Of a DNA stretch of 37,720 nt, positions 24,000 through 32,462 are shown piece after piece. The stretch covers positions 167,743-205,462 of the IMG/VR virus record IMGVR_UViG_3300012943_000001; one strand, 5' to 3'. Each line of letters opens with the position of its first letter. Positions within the stretch are counted from its first letter, which is position 1. The stretch is from a virus (taxonomy: Duplodnaviria; Heunggongvirae; Uroviricota; Caudoviricetes). Below the pieces are notes generated by a model. It ran no database searches. It was not told the origin of the DNA and saw nothing but the letters and a program-made list of their open reading frames with translations. The position numbers and the translations under genes were made by a program.

Positions 24000-24228
24000 A
24001 GAGGAAATTCTAGACGAGAAGGCTGAAAAGCTAACTCAAGAGAGTATCAAGTCTCTTCGCGAGGCCCATGCAAATGAGTTCAAGCAGGGACTTGGATTCA
24101 AACTTCCTATCGGTGCCGTCCTTCATGAGGAGATAAAAAGCCGCTTCTATAAACGAATGGCGGACTTGGGCTGGAAAGTCGATATGGTAACCAGTGACGG
24201 TCAATTCAGGGGATACTACGCAGAATGA
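23989..24228 (+). CDS. Hypothetical protein
   Basis: ATG 23989 preferred over the track start. Confidence 0.6.
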   Translation: MSSKEEILDEKAEKLTQESIKSLREAHANEFKQGLGFKLPIGAVLHEEIKSRFYKRMADLGWKVDMVTSDGQFRGYYAE

Positions 24229-24491
24229 AAATAGGACCGCTACAGTTTCTTTTGGGTGGAATATGCGTTCTTGCGTTTGGACTTATCATGCTCTCTATTG
24301 GGCAGGCTTCGGCCAAGGCTCGTGCTCCCGTCCGCGAGATTTATATTCCTGAGCAGTACAAGGCCGTTGCTGCCAAGTTGTACGCTGAGGTGTATGAGTC
24401 CGCAGCTAGGAATTATGCTGGGCCTATGGGCCATGTAGATAAACCCGCCGACGCTGCCCAACAGGCGGTCGAACGCATGTACGGACAATGA
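24225..24491 (+). CDS. Membrane-anchored protein, paralog 1 of 3
   Basis: N-terminal TM plus IPE..AAKLYAEVY..AVERMYG. Confidence 0.7.
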   Translation: MKIGPLQFLLGGICVLAFGLIMLSIGQASAKARAPVREIYIPEQYKAVAAKLYAEVYESAARNYAGPMGHVDKPADAAQQAVERMYGQ

Positions 24492-24829
24492 TTATGTTCT
24501 TCGAAGAGCTATTCAAAACAGTACGCATCGCAATCATTCTCACGTTTGCTTTCGGAATCTTCTATTACGTTGTCGTGCGTAAATCTAACGACCCCGAAGT
24601 CATATACAGAATACCAGAAGGCAGGCAAGAGGCCGCGACGCGTATGTATAATGAGGTGTACGCCAAAACTTTTAACGGGGCAAACCAAACGTCCGCCTCT
24701 GATTACGCCAGAGAGGCTGTCCTGAAAATTTATGGAGAGCCTATTATCGTTCCAAAGGGTCAGCCAGAAGCAGACCCATTAGAGTTTATCAAGCCAGAAA
24801 AGAAGCCGCCTAGCCGTATACAAAAATAA
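24488..24829 (+). CDS. Membrane-anchored protein, paralog 2 of 3
   Basis: N-terminal TM plus IPE..AATRMYNEVY..AVLKIYG. Confidence 0.7.
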   Translation: MIMFFEELFKTVRIAIILTFAFGIFYYVVVRKSNDPEVIYRIPEGRQEAATRMYNEVYAKTFNGANQTSASDYAREAVLKIYGEPIIVPKGQPEADPLEFIKPEKKPPSRIQK

Positions 24830-24830
24830 C

Positions 24831-25169
24831 ATGGACACCATCTCATATCGCAGGGGGATTACTCCGCTCAAAATTATCACGTGGAGCTTTACGGGATTCA
24901 TCGTATTCATTTTTGTGATTACGAGCGTGAAGTGTACGTTCTCTACTTCAGATATTCCTACTGGACCCCGTGAAGTCATTAAGTATTCTATACCGGAAGA
25001 GAAGCGTGTCGAAGCCGCAAAGCTTTATACGGAAATTTATAGGGCAGCTATGGACAATGGAAGCACGGCTGGATGGGCGACCGAATCCGCAGAGAAGGCC
25101 GTTGAGAGAGTTTATGGCATGAAAGAAGTCTCACGTGAGATTAGACAACCAGAGAAAGCCCGCAAATAA
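24831..25169 (+). CDS. Membrane-anchored protein, paralog 3 of 3
   Basis: N-terminal TM plus IPE..AAKLYTEIY..AVERVYG. Confidence 0.7.
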   Translation: MDTISYRRGITPLKIITWSFTGFIVFIFVITSVKCTFSTSDIPTGPREVIKYSIPEEKRVEAAKLYTEIYRAAMDNGSTAGWATESAEKAVERVYGMKEVSREIRQPEKARK

Positions 25170-25171
25170 AC

Positions 25172-25369
25172 ATGATTCCTAAAAAATTCTATCGTGGTGA
25201 CAATCAACCAATCGCCGAAAACGTTGGAGAATTAAAAGCTATCCTCAACGAACTGCCTGACGACCTCCGCGTAGACGGTGGATGGGGAAACCCTGTCCAA
25301 GTCGTAGTCTATAATCATGGCAAGCCTGATATGCGTTTGTCGTTCGAAGAGGCAGAGGAGCAAGATTAA
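25172..25369 (+). CDS. Hypothetical protein
   Basis: Co-oriented ORF. Confidence 0.6.
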   Translation: MIPKKFYRGDNQPIAENVGELKAILNELPDDLRVDGGWGNPVQVVVYNHGKPDMRLSFEEAEEQD

Positions 25370-25370
25370 A

Positions 25371-25688
25371 GTGAGTTTTCTTCGCGTATCTATCTTTGGG
25401 TTCCCGCCTGCAAGCTGGGCTCGCAAGCGTAAAGAGATTTGCGACCGTCGCAGGCTTGTAAATCTACGTCGTGTCACAATAGCGAAGGTAGACGTAGACA
25501 TCAGGCAGGCCGCGAAACGTCAAAACTACACCCATATCTCCATACCCGAGATTTTCTCAGAGGAAATCATTGAGAAGCTAAAGAAGCAGGGTTACATTAT
25601 AGACGTGTGGAAGGATGACTATGGATATAGTGACAGTCATAGATACGTGAAATTGTCTGTGCAATGGCATGAATGGCCCGCAGTATGA
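25371..25688 (+). CDS. Hypothetical protein
   Basis: GTG 25371 just after the upstream stop. Confidence 0.55.
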   Translation: MSFLRVSIFGFPPASWARKRKEICDRRRLVNLRRVTIAKVDVDIRQAAKRQNYTHISIPEIFSEEIIEKLKKQGYIIDVWKDDYGYSDSHRYVKLSVQWHEWPAV

Positions 25689-26035
25689 GCCTTCTATCCT
25701 ATCTCAAATCGAAAATTTTCCCAGAGACTAAGCCTATCAGGTACGTCTCTAGGCTTCCTGACGTTTCGGAGCTTCCACCCATCCATGAGAACAACATCCT
25801 GAGACGCGAGCAAGAACGCCAAGAGAGATTGAATGTAGTCTTTGACCAGACTATGGAGAAGATTACCGAAAGGGTAAGGGCGGCAATCTATAACCATGTC
25901 GTCGTATTCGTCCCTAATGTAATTGAAGATAGAGTTCGAAATGCAGTGGAGCGTAAAGGATATACCGTAACAGTCATGAATCACACCAGCCCCGAAAGGA
26001 CGCTTTGGAAGATAACATGGAAACACAAACTATAA
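25685..26035 (+). CDS. Hypothetical protein
   Basis: ATGA coupling at 25685. Confidence 0.6.
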   Translation: MSLLSYLKSKIFPETKPIRYVSRLPDVSELPPIHENNILRREQERQERLNVVFDQTMEKITERVRAAIYNHVVVFVPNVIEDRVRNAVERKGYTVTVMNHTSPERTLWKITWKHKL

Positions 26036-26316
26036 ACCTTGACCCCATTGTTGGGCCAGTGATTACCTCTAAAGAGCTTTTCGAAGTGTCTAGAAAGGCA
26101 GTCGAAGAGAGTATGGAGTATCAGGAATTTGTACAGACTCTAAATAAGAACATACTTGCTACAGCTCAAAGTGGCAGATTCTTTTTGAATGTAGACGTAC
26201 CCGTACACTGGCATTTAGTCCTTTTTATAAACTACCGAAAGAACGGTATAGACGTTCATCTAGATTCTATCGAAGACGAGCACTATAAAGCTCGCATTGC
26301 GTGGGCAAATGGATAA
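26017..26316 (+). CDS. Hypothetical protein
   Basis: ATG 26017 preferred. Confidence 0.6.
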   Translation: METQTINLDPIVGPVITSKELFEVSRKAVEESMEYQEFVQTLNKNILATAQSGRFFLNVDVPVHWHLVLFINYRKNGIDVHLDSIEDEHYKARIAWANG

Positions 26317-26359
26317 TTTACTTTGGGTAATTTAGACTACAAATACAAAATTCTACAAT

Positions 26360-26743
26360 ATGGGTCCGCTACGTAAACAATTCATCACCATAAGTCTCGT
26401 TGCTTTAGGTCTCGCCTTTAGCTTCTGGGGCTTTATCATTGCCGGACTTATCCTCATGTACAATAAGTACATATGGATTTCGCTGCTATCACTTATGCTA
26501 GGTGTTATATGCAGGGTAATTACATTGCGTCTAGCACGTCGATTGGTGGGTCTCATTCCTTATTTGCATACGGAAGACCTTTTAAGGCAAGTTAGCGTCC
26601 TCAGCCCCAATACCAATACAGTGACAGATAGTAATGGAGAGATAGTGGGTATAGTAGAAGAGAATAAGGAAGACGTAATATCAACGACTTACAAAACTAG
26701 TGAGGAAGAAGAGGGGAAGAAGGGGTATAAATTGGGCGAATAG
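26360..26743 (+). CDS. Membrane protein with acidic C-terminal tail
   Basis: Two TM helices; ends in TAG. Confidence 0.6.
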   Translation: MGPLRKQFITISLVALGLAFSFWGFIIAGLILMYNKYIWISLLSLMLGVICRVITLRLARRLVGLIPYLHTEDLLRQVSVLSPNTNTVTDSNGEIVGIVEENKEDVISTTYKTSEEEEGKKGYKLGE

Positions 26744-26992
26744 GCGGTGGTCCGACCTCTCTTTCTCTCCCAAAGCGTCCCCTTTCGCCCCATTTCAAAC
26801 CCACTTTCAAAATTCTGTCAAGACTTAAATTTTTACATAAGTATTTGGCACGTTAGCAGCTTACATCAGAAATCCCACAAAGTCAAGTGAGGAAATCTGG
26901 CATACGCGGACACAAATGAGCTTGACTTCTTAGACACATTCAGAACTATGGGCAACTTACTCGCTTGCATCAGCGGGCGGGTCACACAAAAC

Positions 26993-27394
26993 ATGAAATA
27001 CCTAAAAATGTTAGCGTTTGCGTTGGCTGCGTTCTTCGCGGTCAACTTTTCTCAGGCAGCAATCGTAGACTACACTTATCGTAGTGGGTCTTTGCCGGGT
27101 GGCGAGGGTTGGTATACCACGGAAACTACGTGGAACTGGTTCTATGCGACCTCGTACTCATTCGAATACTATCATGACGACGCGACTGGTATCTCCTACC
27201 ATTCGTATCAAGTCTCTGATGGCACCACGACCCTCTACATGGACTCACAGTGGACTTCGACCACGTTCTCCATTACTTCGTACAATCATTTCTCGTTTTA
27301 TAACGCGGAATTTATGGCAGAACTGTGGCCGGTAGCGGACAGCTTTTACGCTTTGCACCCTGTCCCCGCTCCGCCCCCACCCCCAGAGTGGTAA
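26993..27394 (+). CDS. Secreted Tyr/Ser/Thr-rich protein
   Basis: Signal peptide MKYLKMLAFALAAFFAVNFSQA; C-terminus HPVPAPPPPEW. Confidence 0.75.
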   Translation: MKYLKMLAFALAAFFAVNFSQAAIVDYTYRSGSLPGGEGWYTTETTWNWFYATSYSFEYYHDDATGISYHSYQVSDGTTTLYMDSQWTSTTFSITSYNHFSFYNAEFMAELWPVADSFYALHPVPAPPPPPEW

Positions 27395-27424
27395 TCGAGG
27401 CCATCACTTCACCTCAGACCCTCG

Positions 27425-27449
27425 GCCCACTGTAAAAGGTGGGCTTTTT
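27425..27449 (+). terminator. Intrinsic terminator
   Basis: GCCCACT/GGTGGGC followed by TTTTT. Confidence 0.75.
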
Positions 27450-27687
27450 AGTGCCCAAATTTGAGCGGGTTTTGGCGTAATAAACCCATATCTGAGCGTG
27501 TAAAGTCTTAATAAACATGATTTTATAGCAAAAAACGCCTCTTAAACCCGAATCAGGAACGCAAAATTTACTGTGGGCGGGCATTCGGCCTTATTCGTAT
27601 AATTTTCGACGCATTTTATGTCAAGAAATCGCTCTGCCCCGCGTTTTACATCTTGACTTTGAGAGAAGATTGCGATTAACTGTCCTC

Positions 27688-27753
27688 ATGCTCCTGATTC
27701 TTCTTGTTTTAGGCGGGATTGCCTATTGGCAGTTCTTAGAGCATCACTATTAA
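27688..27753 (+). CDS. 21-aa hydrophobic peptide (not in ORF track)
   Basis: MLLILLVLGGIAYWQFLEHHY; ATG 35 nt from TTGACT(27653). Confidence 0.5.
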   Translation: MLLILLVLGGIAYWQFLEHHY

Positions 27754-27772
27754 CTTTTGACCCCCTCTTTGT

Positions 27773-28297
27773 ATGGAAAATAAATGGATAGCAGACAGAG
27801 GCTACGGTACGGGCATGTCGCTCGCCTTCCAAGGTGACGAGGAATTTGTCCGCCGTAGCATGAACTTTGCTGCGAACTTTCTTTTGTCAAGTAAGGCTCA
27901 GGCCCGCCAACAAACACCAAACTTCGCCCTCGTCAATACAACGATGGCAGAGCTTGAAGACGCATTTCGAGCGGAGGGTTACGTAATAAAGATGCGTGAA
28001 CTCTATGCAGCTCGCCCGCGTGTGCGTCTGGAGGCTGAGGATTTTCCTGACGATTTCGACGAGCAGGTTCGTAAATATACCCATGAACTCCTATCCGGGA
28101 ATGAAAATGCTGTGGACCCGACACAGTACATGATGGATGAGGAGACAGATGAAATGCGGGAAATTTCCACACAATACGGTGAGGAGCACGCTAAACGCGA
28201 GATGGCTAAGTTGGAGTTCGACGCCTACATGCGTTTGGTTTCGCCCGCATCAGTTGTAACGCACGCTGTTGTTGAAAGTTTCGAAAAAGGTTCTTGA
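27773..28297 (+). CDS. Hypothetical protein
   Basis: Co-oriented ORF. Confidence 0.65.
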   Translation: MENKWIADRGYGTGMSLAFQGDEEFVRRSMNFAANFLLSSKAQARQQTPNFALVNTTMAELEDAFRAEGYVIKMRELYAARPRVRLEAEDFPDDFDEQVRKYTHELLSGNENAVDPTQYMMDEETDEMREISTQYGEEHAKREMAKLEFDAYMRLVSPASVVTHAVVESFEKGS

Positions 28298-28371
28298 CTT
28301 TCCTAACAGATATGCGATAATCGCCTTCGTAATCGGAAAACATTCCAAATATAACTCAACCCACTAATACA

Positions 28372-28464
28372 ATGCCCATCAAAAAGTCCTCCGCCAAGAA
28401 AAAGACCGTCGCCAAGAAACCAGCCGTCAAAAAGGCCAAGGTCGTCGCCGTCAAGTCTGAATAA
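28372..28464 (+). CDS. 30-aa Lys/Ala-rich histone-H1-like peptide (not in ORF track)
   Basis: MPIKKSSAKKKTVAKKPAVKKAKVVAVKSE; C-ending codon bias; promoter TTGACT(28294)...GATAAT upstream. Confidence 0.65.
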   Translation: MPIKKSSAKKKTVAKKPAVKKAKVVAVKSE

Positions 28465-28469
28465 GTTTC

Positions 28470-28930
28470 GAGTCAGGAGCCCTAACACCTAGACAGTTAA
28501 AAGAGTAGATGGTGGTAAGCTCTTAGACGAAAACGCACATCCTTGACTTCCTGTTGGAAGCTGGGTGGTTAATGTGCCCGCTAATCGTTCCTGACTCAGG
28601 TTAATAACCCTTGGATTAGCAAGAAATTTCGTAATAACAAAGCTCCATGTGGCTGAACCTCTGGGCCTCTCAGATGCCCGTCCCTACCCGGTGAGATTGA
28701 GAAGTAAGGGGCTCTTGGAGTTAAGGAACAAAGCCAAGTATTTAACAGGGTGTCCTTAATAAGACATAGACCTGAATGACAAAAGTGAATTCTGTATAAT
28801 CGAGCAATAGGCACAGCTACACGCCCATAGGAAACGCTTAAGTCTTAATAAGACTAAGGTGCCCGGTTCCTTTGAGGGGCGACGAATCCTGCCAGCAATG
28901 GTTCAGGTACAGAGCGTGATTCGTGAATTC
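28470..28930 (+). ncRNA. Unassigned long structured RNA candidate
   Basis: No + strand ORF; helices GAGTCAGGA/TCCTGACTC, ACCTGAAT/GTTCAGGT, GGCAC/GTGCC; repeat CTTAATAAGAC twice; ends at a terminator. Confidence 0.5.
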
Positions 28931-28937
28931 TTTTATG

Positions 28938-28971
28938 GAAGCCATCTTTAACCGGGTGGCTTTCTTTTTTT
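28938..28971 (+). terminator. Intrinsic terminator
   Basis: GAAGCCATCT/GGGTGGCTTT followed by a T run. Confidence 0.75.
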
Positions 28972-29007
28972 ATTGACTTTTTGCAAACGAGTGAACTCTT
29001 TCGTAAT

Positions 29008-30237
29008 ATGAACATCATAGACACAATCGAAGCTGGCGTAGAGGTATGTGAGAAACTTCAAGAAGCGGGTCACCAAGCAGTATTTGCAGGTGGTTGTGTA
29101 CGCGATTTTCTATTGGGTGTAGAACCCACGGACATCGACATTGCTACGAGTGCGACGCCAGACCAAGTTGAAGCCCTCTTTCCCAAGACTGTAGCTGTGG
29201 GCAAAAGTTTTGGTGTCATCCGCGTAATACATGACGAGGAGGAGTTCGAAGTGGCTACCTTCCGCAAAGATTCCAAAGAGGGTGACGGTCGCAGACCTGA
29301 CTCTGTAGAATTTTCCTCAATGGAGGAAGATGCCAAGCGTCGTGACCTTACGATTAACGCAATCTTTTTCGACCCAATCAGTGACAAGTTCCATGACTTT
29401 GTAAATGGTCAGCGGGACTTGCATCACAAAATTATCTGCATGGTGGGTGACCCTGCCGAACGTATCAAAGAAGATAAGCTGAGAATCCTTCGTGTGATTA
29501 GGTTTGCTGCCCGGTACAAGGGTGCAGTCATCGAATCAGAGACGGGTCAAGCCGTACTTGAACATGCGAAAGAAGTTCTCGAAGTCTCCCATGAACGCAT
29601 TGGAGATGAATTGACGAAAATTCTCACGCATAAGAGTGCGGCTGTGGGCCTAGTCCACCTAAAGAACTACGGTTTGGATTTTCTGGTGCAGCCAAGTACG
29701 CTAATGGGCCGCAATCATATCCGTAACGCTATCGAAGTGTTTACGTTCGCATCGAAGCATACGGCTGGTAATAAATCGCTGGCGTGGGCCGCAGCTCTCC
29801 ACGAGTACGGCTACGACGCAATCGTACAACACCTCAAGTTCCTTCGCTTCGACACGAAGACGATTGACCGTGTGGTAGGCATCACGGATTTGCTCAAAGG
29901 CTTCCCCGGATTCAAAACGCTCCCTGTATCTAGCAGAACGAAAATGCTAGCGACGGAGTATTTTGATGACACATTCCGTCTTTTCTCCTGCCTGCCTAAT
30001 ACGAAAGAAAGCCTCTGTGATTTTATCCTTCACTTTCAGGCTTCAACGCCTCTTTCGCAGGTAAAACCAGAGCGTCTTGTAAATGGTAATGACCTGATTG
30101 CTATGGGAATGAAGCCCGGTAAGAAATTCAAGGAAATCCTTGAAGTCATTGATACCCAGCAGCGTGAGGGTATTGTTACCTCGCGTGACGAAGCTATGGA
30201 AATCGCCAAAGCAATGGTGGCGAAAATTTCTGCATAA
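29008..30237 (+). CDS. cca: CCA-adding tRNA nucleotidyltransferase (class II)
   Basis: GGCVRDFLLG..DIDIAT, EVATFR, DGRRP flexible loop, RRDLTINA, EDKLRILRVIRFAAR, VNGNDL..GMKPG; ATG 35 nt from TTGACT(28973). Confidence 0.88.
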   Translation: MNIIDTIEAGVEVCEKLQEAGHQAVFAGGCVRDFLLGVEPTDIDIATSATPDQVEALFPKTVAVGKSFGVIRVIHDEEEFEVATFRKDSKEGDGRRPDSVEFSSMEEDAKRRDLTINAIFFDPISDKFHDFVNGQRDLHHKIICMVGDPAERIKEDKLRILRVIRFAARYKGAVIESETGQAVLEHAKEVLEVSHERIGDELTKILTHKSAAVGLVHLKNYGLDFLVQPSTLMGRNHIRNAIEVFTFASKHTAGNKSLAWAAALHEYGYDAIVQHLKFLRFDTKTIDRVVGITDLLKGFPGFKTLPVSSRTKMLATEYFDDTFRLFSCLPNTKESLCDFILHFQASTPLSQVKPERLVNGNDLIAMGMKPGKKFKEILEVIDTQQREGIVTSRDEAMEIAKAMVAKISA

Positions 30238-30331
30238 ATATTCGAAATGATGCTTGACTTTTGATTAAACATAGTATCTTCTCTTCCTCGTTCAATCGAA
30301 CAAACAACTCAAAACTCAAATACATACTAAC

Positions 30332-30733
30332 ATGTCTGCTACCGCCTCCTCCGCCGTCTCCGCCACCGCAACCGACTCCTCCCTCTCGTCCATGATGAGC
30401 GAGATGCAGTCCGCCGAACAGAAAGCCACCGCCCTCCGCGAAGCCTTCAATGCTGAACGCACCAAACGCATCGCCGGTCTCCATGCCGAACTCGGCTTCG
30501 AGAACAGTGAAGCCCTCATCCTCGCCATCCGTGCTGCCAATGGCAAGGGTCGCAAGGCTCGCAAGGCGGGCGGAACCCGCAAGGCCCGCACCGAAGTCAC
30601 CTCCGACATCAAAAAGGCCATCATCGCCGACGCCAAGGAAGGCAAGCTGACCGGCCTCGAAATCGCCAACAAGCACAAGGTCTCCATCGGCACCGTGCAG
30701 AACATCAAGAAAGCCGCCAACCTCGTTGGTTAA
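30332..30733 (+). CDS. Nucleoid-associated-like protein with C-terminal HTH
   Basis: N-terminal coiled coil, basic linker KGRKARKAGGTRKAR, LTGLEIANKHKVSIGTVQNIKK HTH; strong C-ending codon bias. Confidence 0.7.
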   Translation: MSATASSAVSATATDSSLSSMMSEMQSAEQKATALREAFNAERTKRIAGLHAELGFENSEALILAIRAANGKGRKARKAGGTRKARTEVTSDIKKAIIADAKEGKLTGLEIANKHKVSIGTVQNIKKAANLVG

Positions 30734-30757
30734 TCATTTTCTCGGGGTTCATTGAAT

Positions 30758-30788
30758 AGGGGTCGGGCGTTATTGCTCGGCCCCTTTT
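30758..30788 (+). terminator. Intrinsic terminator
   Basis: AGGGGTCGGGC/GCTCGGCCCCT followed by TTT. Confidence 0.8.
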
Positions 30789-30835
30789 CGTGCATATACG
30801 CTTGACTTTTTACAAAAAGTCGCTAGTATTAGGAT

Positions 30836-31081
30836 ATGTTGAAGCCCGACTTTATTCCTGAAGACGCAGCCCCACTAGAGAGCGTCGAAGACTTGACTCC
30901 ATCCCAGATGATTAGCTACAACTCCTTCGTCGCACATAAGAATAGAAATATTTACGTGGAATTAAATGATGGGAGCACGTACACTGGGCTACTCAACGGT
31001 ATTCGCGGCTTCGATTTCTATGTAGGCTCGAAGTCTCCCAAACTCAAGTACGTAAATGTAAAGAAGTACAGAGTGACATGA
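30836..31081 (+). CDS. Hypothetical protein (possible Sm/LSM-like beta fold)
   Basis: IYVELNDGSTYTGLLNGI resembles an Sm1 motif; ATG 34 nt from TTGACT(30802). Confidence 0.55.
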   Translation: MLKPDFIPEDAAPLESVEDLTPSQMISYNSFVAHKNRNIYVELNDGSTYTGLLNGIRGFDFYVGSKSPKLKYVNVKKYRVT

Positions 31082-31147
31082 CCATCTACCACGTAACCAA
31101 CTTTTTATTGCAGCGTTTCATTGACGTGTGCATATTCCTTTCATACT

Positions 31148-31423
31148 ATGCAATCTGAAAATAAAATCCTTGTCGCGGATGATTCTACATCCCTTCCTCC
31201 AAACGTAATCGCTGAGGCTAACGCAGCGGCCCAGACTGGCAAGAAAGAGATTAGTCCTATCGAGCGTGCCAAGATTATGGAATACTTCCGTTACGAGGCA
31301 CAGAAGAAGCACAAGAATCGCCACAACACCCCATTCGACGCACAGCTCCGTAATAAAAAGCGTGCCAAGGTGAAGCGGTCTCGTAGAGCGAATTTGGACA
31401 GATTGCTTAGAGATAAGCGTTGA
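31148..31423 (+). CDS. Hypothetical basic protein
   Basis: ATG 31148 preferred; Lys/Arg-rich C-terminus. Confidence 0.6.
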   Translation: MQSENKILVADDSTSLPPNVIAEANAAAQTGKKEISPIERAKIMEYFRYEAQKKHKNRHNTPFDAQLRNKKRAKVKRSRRANLDRLLRDKR

Positions 31424-31445
31424 CATTCTTAGCAGGCAGGGTATA

Positions 31446-31477
31446 AAGGCGGGTCTAGAAATAGGCTCGCCTTTTTT
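31446..31477 (+). terminator. Intrinsic terminator
   Basis: AAGGCGGGTCT/AGGCTCGCCTT followed by a T run. Confidence 0.75.
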
Positions 31478-31481
31478 ATTT

Positions 31482-31910
31482 ATGAAATTCTTAATAGCAT
31501 TCATCCTGTCTTGTTCGTTATGCTTTGGTGTGACCGATAATGAAAAGGTTGCCGCCGTAATAATCGGTGAGGCTGGAGGCGAAGGGGAAATCGGTATGCA
31601 AGCCGTGGCGAACGTAATAGCGAATCGAAAGGGAACGCCGTTTGAGGTAATATCAAAGCGTTACCAGTTTTGTGCGGCTCGCTCCGTAATAGTAGACAAG
31701 ACTGAGACTTGGCAGCAGCTTGTTGACAGGCGTAAACGTCATCCACGCTGGGGACTCGCACTTGAAATGGTAGAAAAAATCTACGAATTACCTGATGTGA
31801 CCAATGGGGCGACTCACTTCCATACGCCTGCCGTGAATCCTAAATGGGCAAAAGTTCTTGCGTTTAAGAAAAGAATCGGGAATCACTTGTTTTATCGAGA
31901 AGGGGCTTGA
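31482..31910 (+). CDS. SleB-family cell wall hydrolase (Hydrolase_2)
   Basis: Signal peptide; IIGEAGGEG..GMQAVANVIANR, YQF, TNGATHFH, IGNHLFY. Confidence 0.9.
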   Translation: MKFLIAFILSCSLCFGVTDNEKVAAVIIGEAGGEGEIGMQAVANVIANRKGTPFEVISKRYQFCAARSVIVDKTETWQQLVDRRKRHPRWGLALEMVEKIYELPDVTNGATHFHTPAVNPKWAKVLAFKKRIGNHLFYREGA

Positions 31911-31941
31911 CTTTCCTAAAACGACTGGTCAACGTGATGGC

Positions 31942-32220
31942 ATGAACTCCTACACGTTGGAACGAGCTATCGAACTTCTGGAAAACGCCTCAGCGGTCAT
32001 TATCGACAATGACGTGTTGATTTATCCTCGCGTTGACGATGGTGACGACGAAGAATTCCTCACCTTGTCTTGGGACACTGAAGGCGAAGAATACACCTAC
32101 AATTTTCTCCGCAAGGATAATCGCGTCGTTAACATCAAAGACAATCAGCTTGTTTTGGTGGCCGACGAAGGCACCGAATTCAACGTCACTCTTCTCGAAC
32201 CTCAGACACTTAAATCGTGA
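31942..32220 (+). CDS. Hypothetical acidic protein
   Basis: ATG 35 nt from TTGACT(31907). Confidence 0.65.
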   Translation: MNSYTLERAIELLENASAVIIDNDVLIYPRVDDGDDEEFLTLSWDTEGEEYTYNFLRKDNRVVNIKDNQLVLVADEGTEFNVTLLEPQTLKS

Positions 32221-32462
32221 AACTTACCGCTACAGTTTCGAACTGCGAGGAAATCGAAGACGGCATCAAAGTAAGCCTTGTCACTAACGGACAGACGGTG
32301 CAGGTTTATGATGCTACCAAATTCGATTTACTCGTCACCTTGGAGCGTATTGAAATGCGTTTCCATATGGACGACGATAAGACCGATATGACCCTTACAG
32401 GCTATCGTTGTGTAAATGTCAAACGTGGCTTTTGGGAACTCGTAACCATCGACCTAACCTAA
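32217..32462 (+). CDS. Hypothetical protein
   Basis: GTGA coupling. Confidence 0.6.
   Translation: MKLTATVSNCEEIEDGIKVSLVTNGQTVQVYDATKFDLLVTLERIEMRFHMDDDKTDMTLTGYRCVNVKRGFWELVTIDLT

Noticed and set aside
26833-26853. Sigma54 promoter (TTGGCACG) upstream of the secreted protein
   Set aside because: The -12 position reads CAGC instead of TTGC, and a TTGACT promoter lies closer to the gene
28470-28930. Group I or group II intron
   Set aside because: No recognisable P7/R-S core or domain V, and no interrupted host gene on either side
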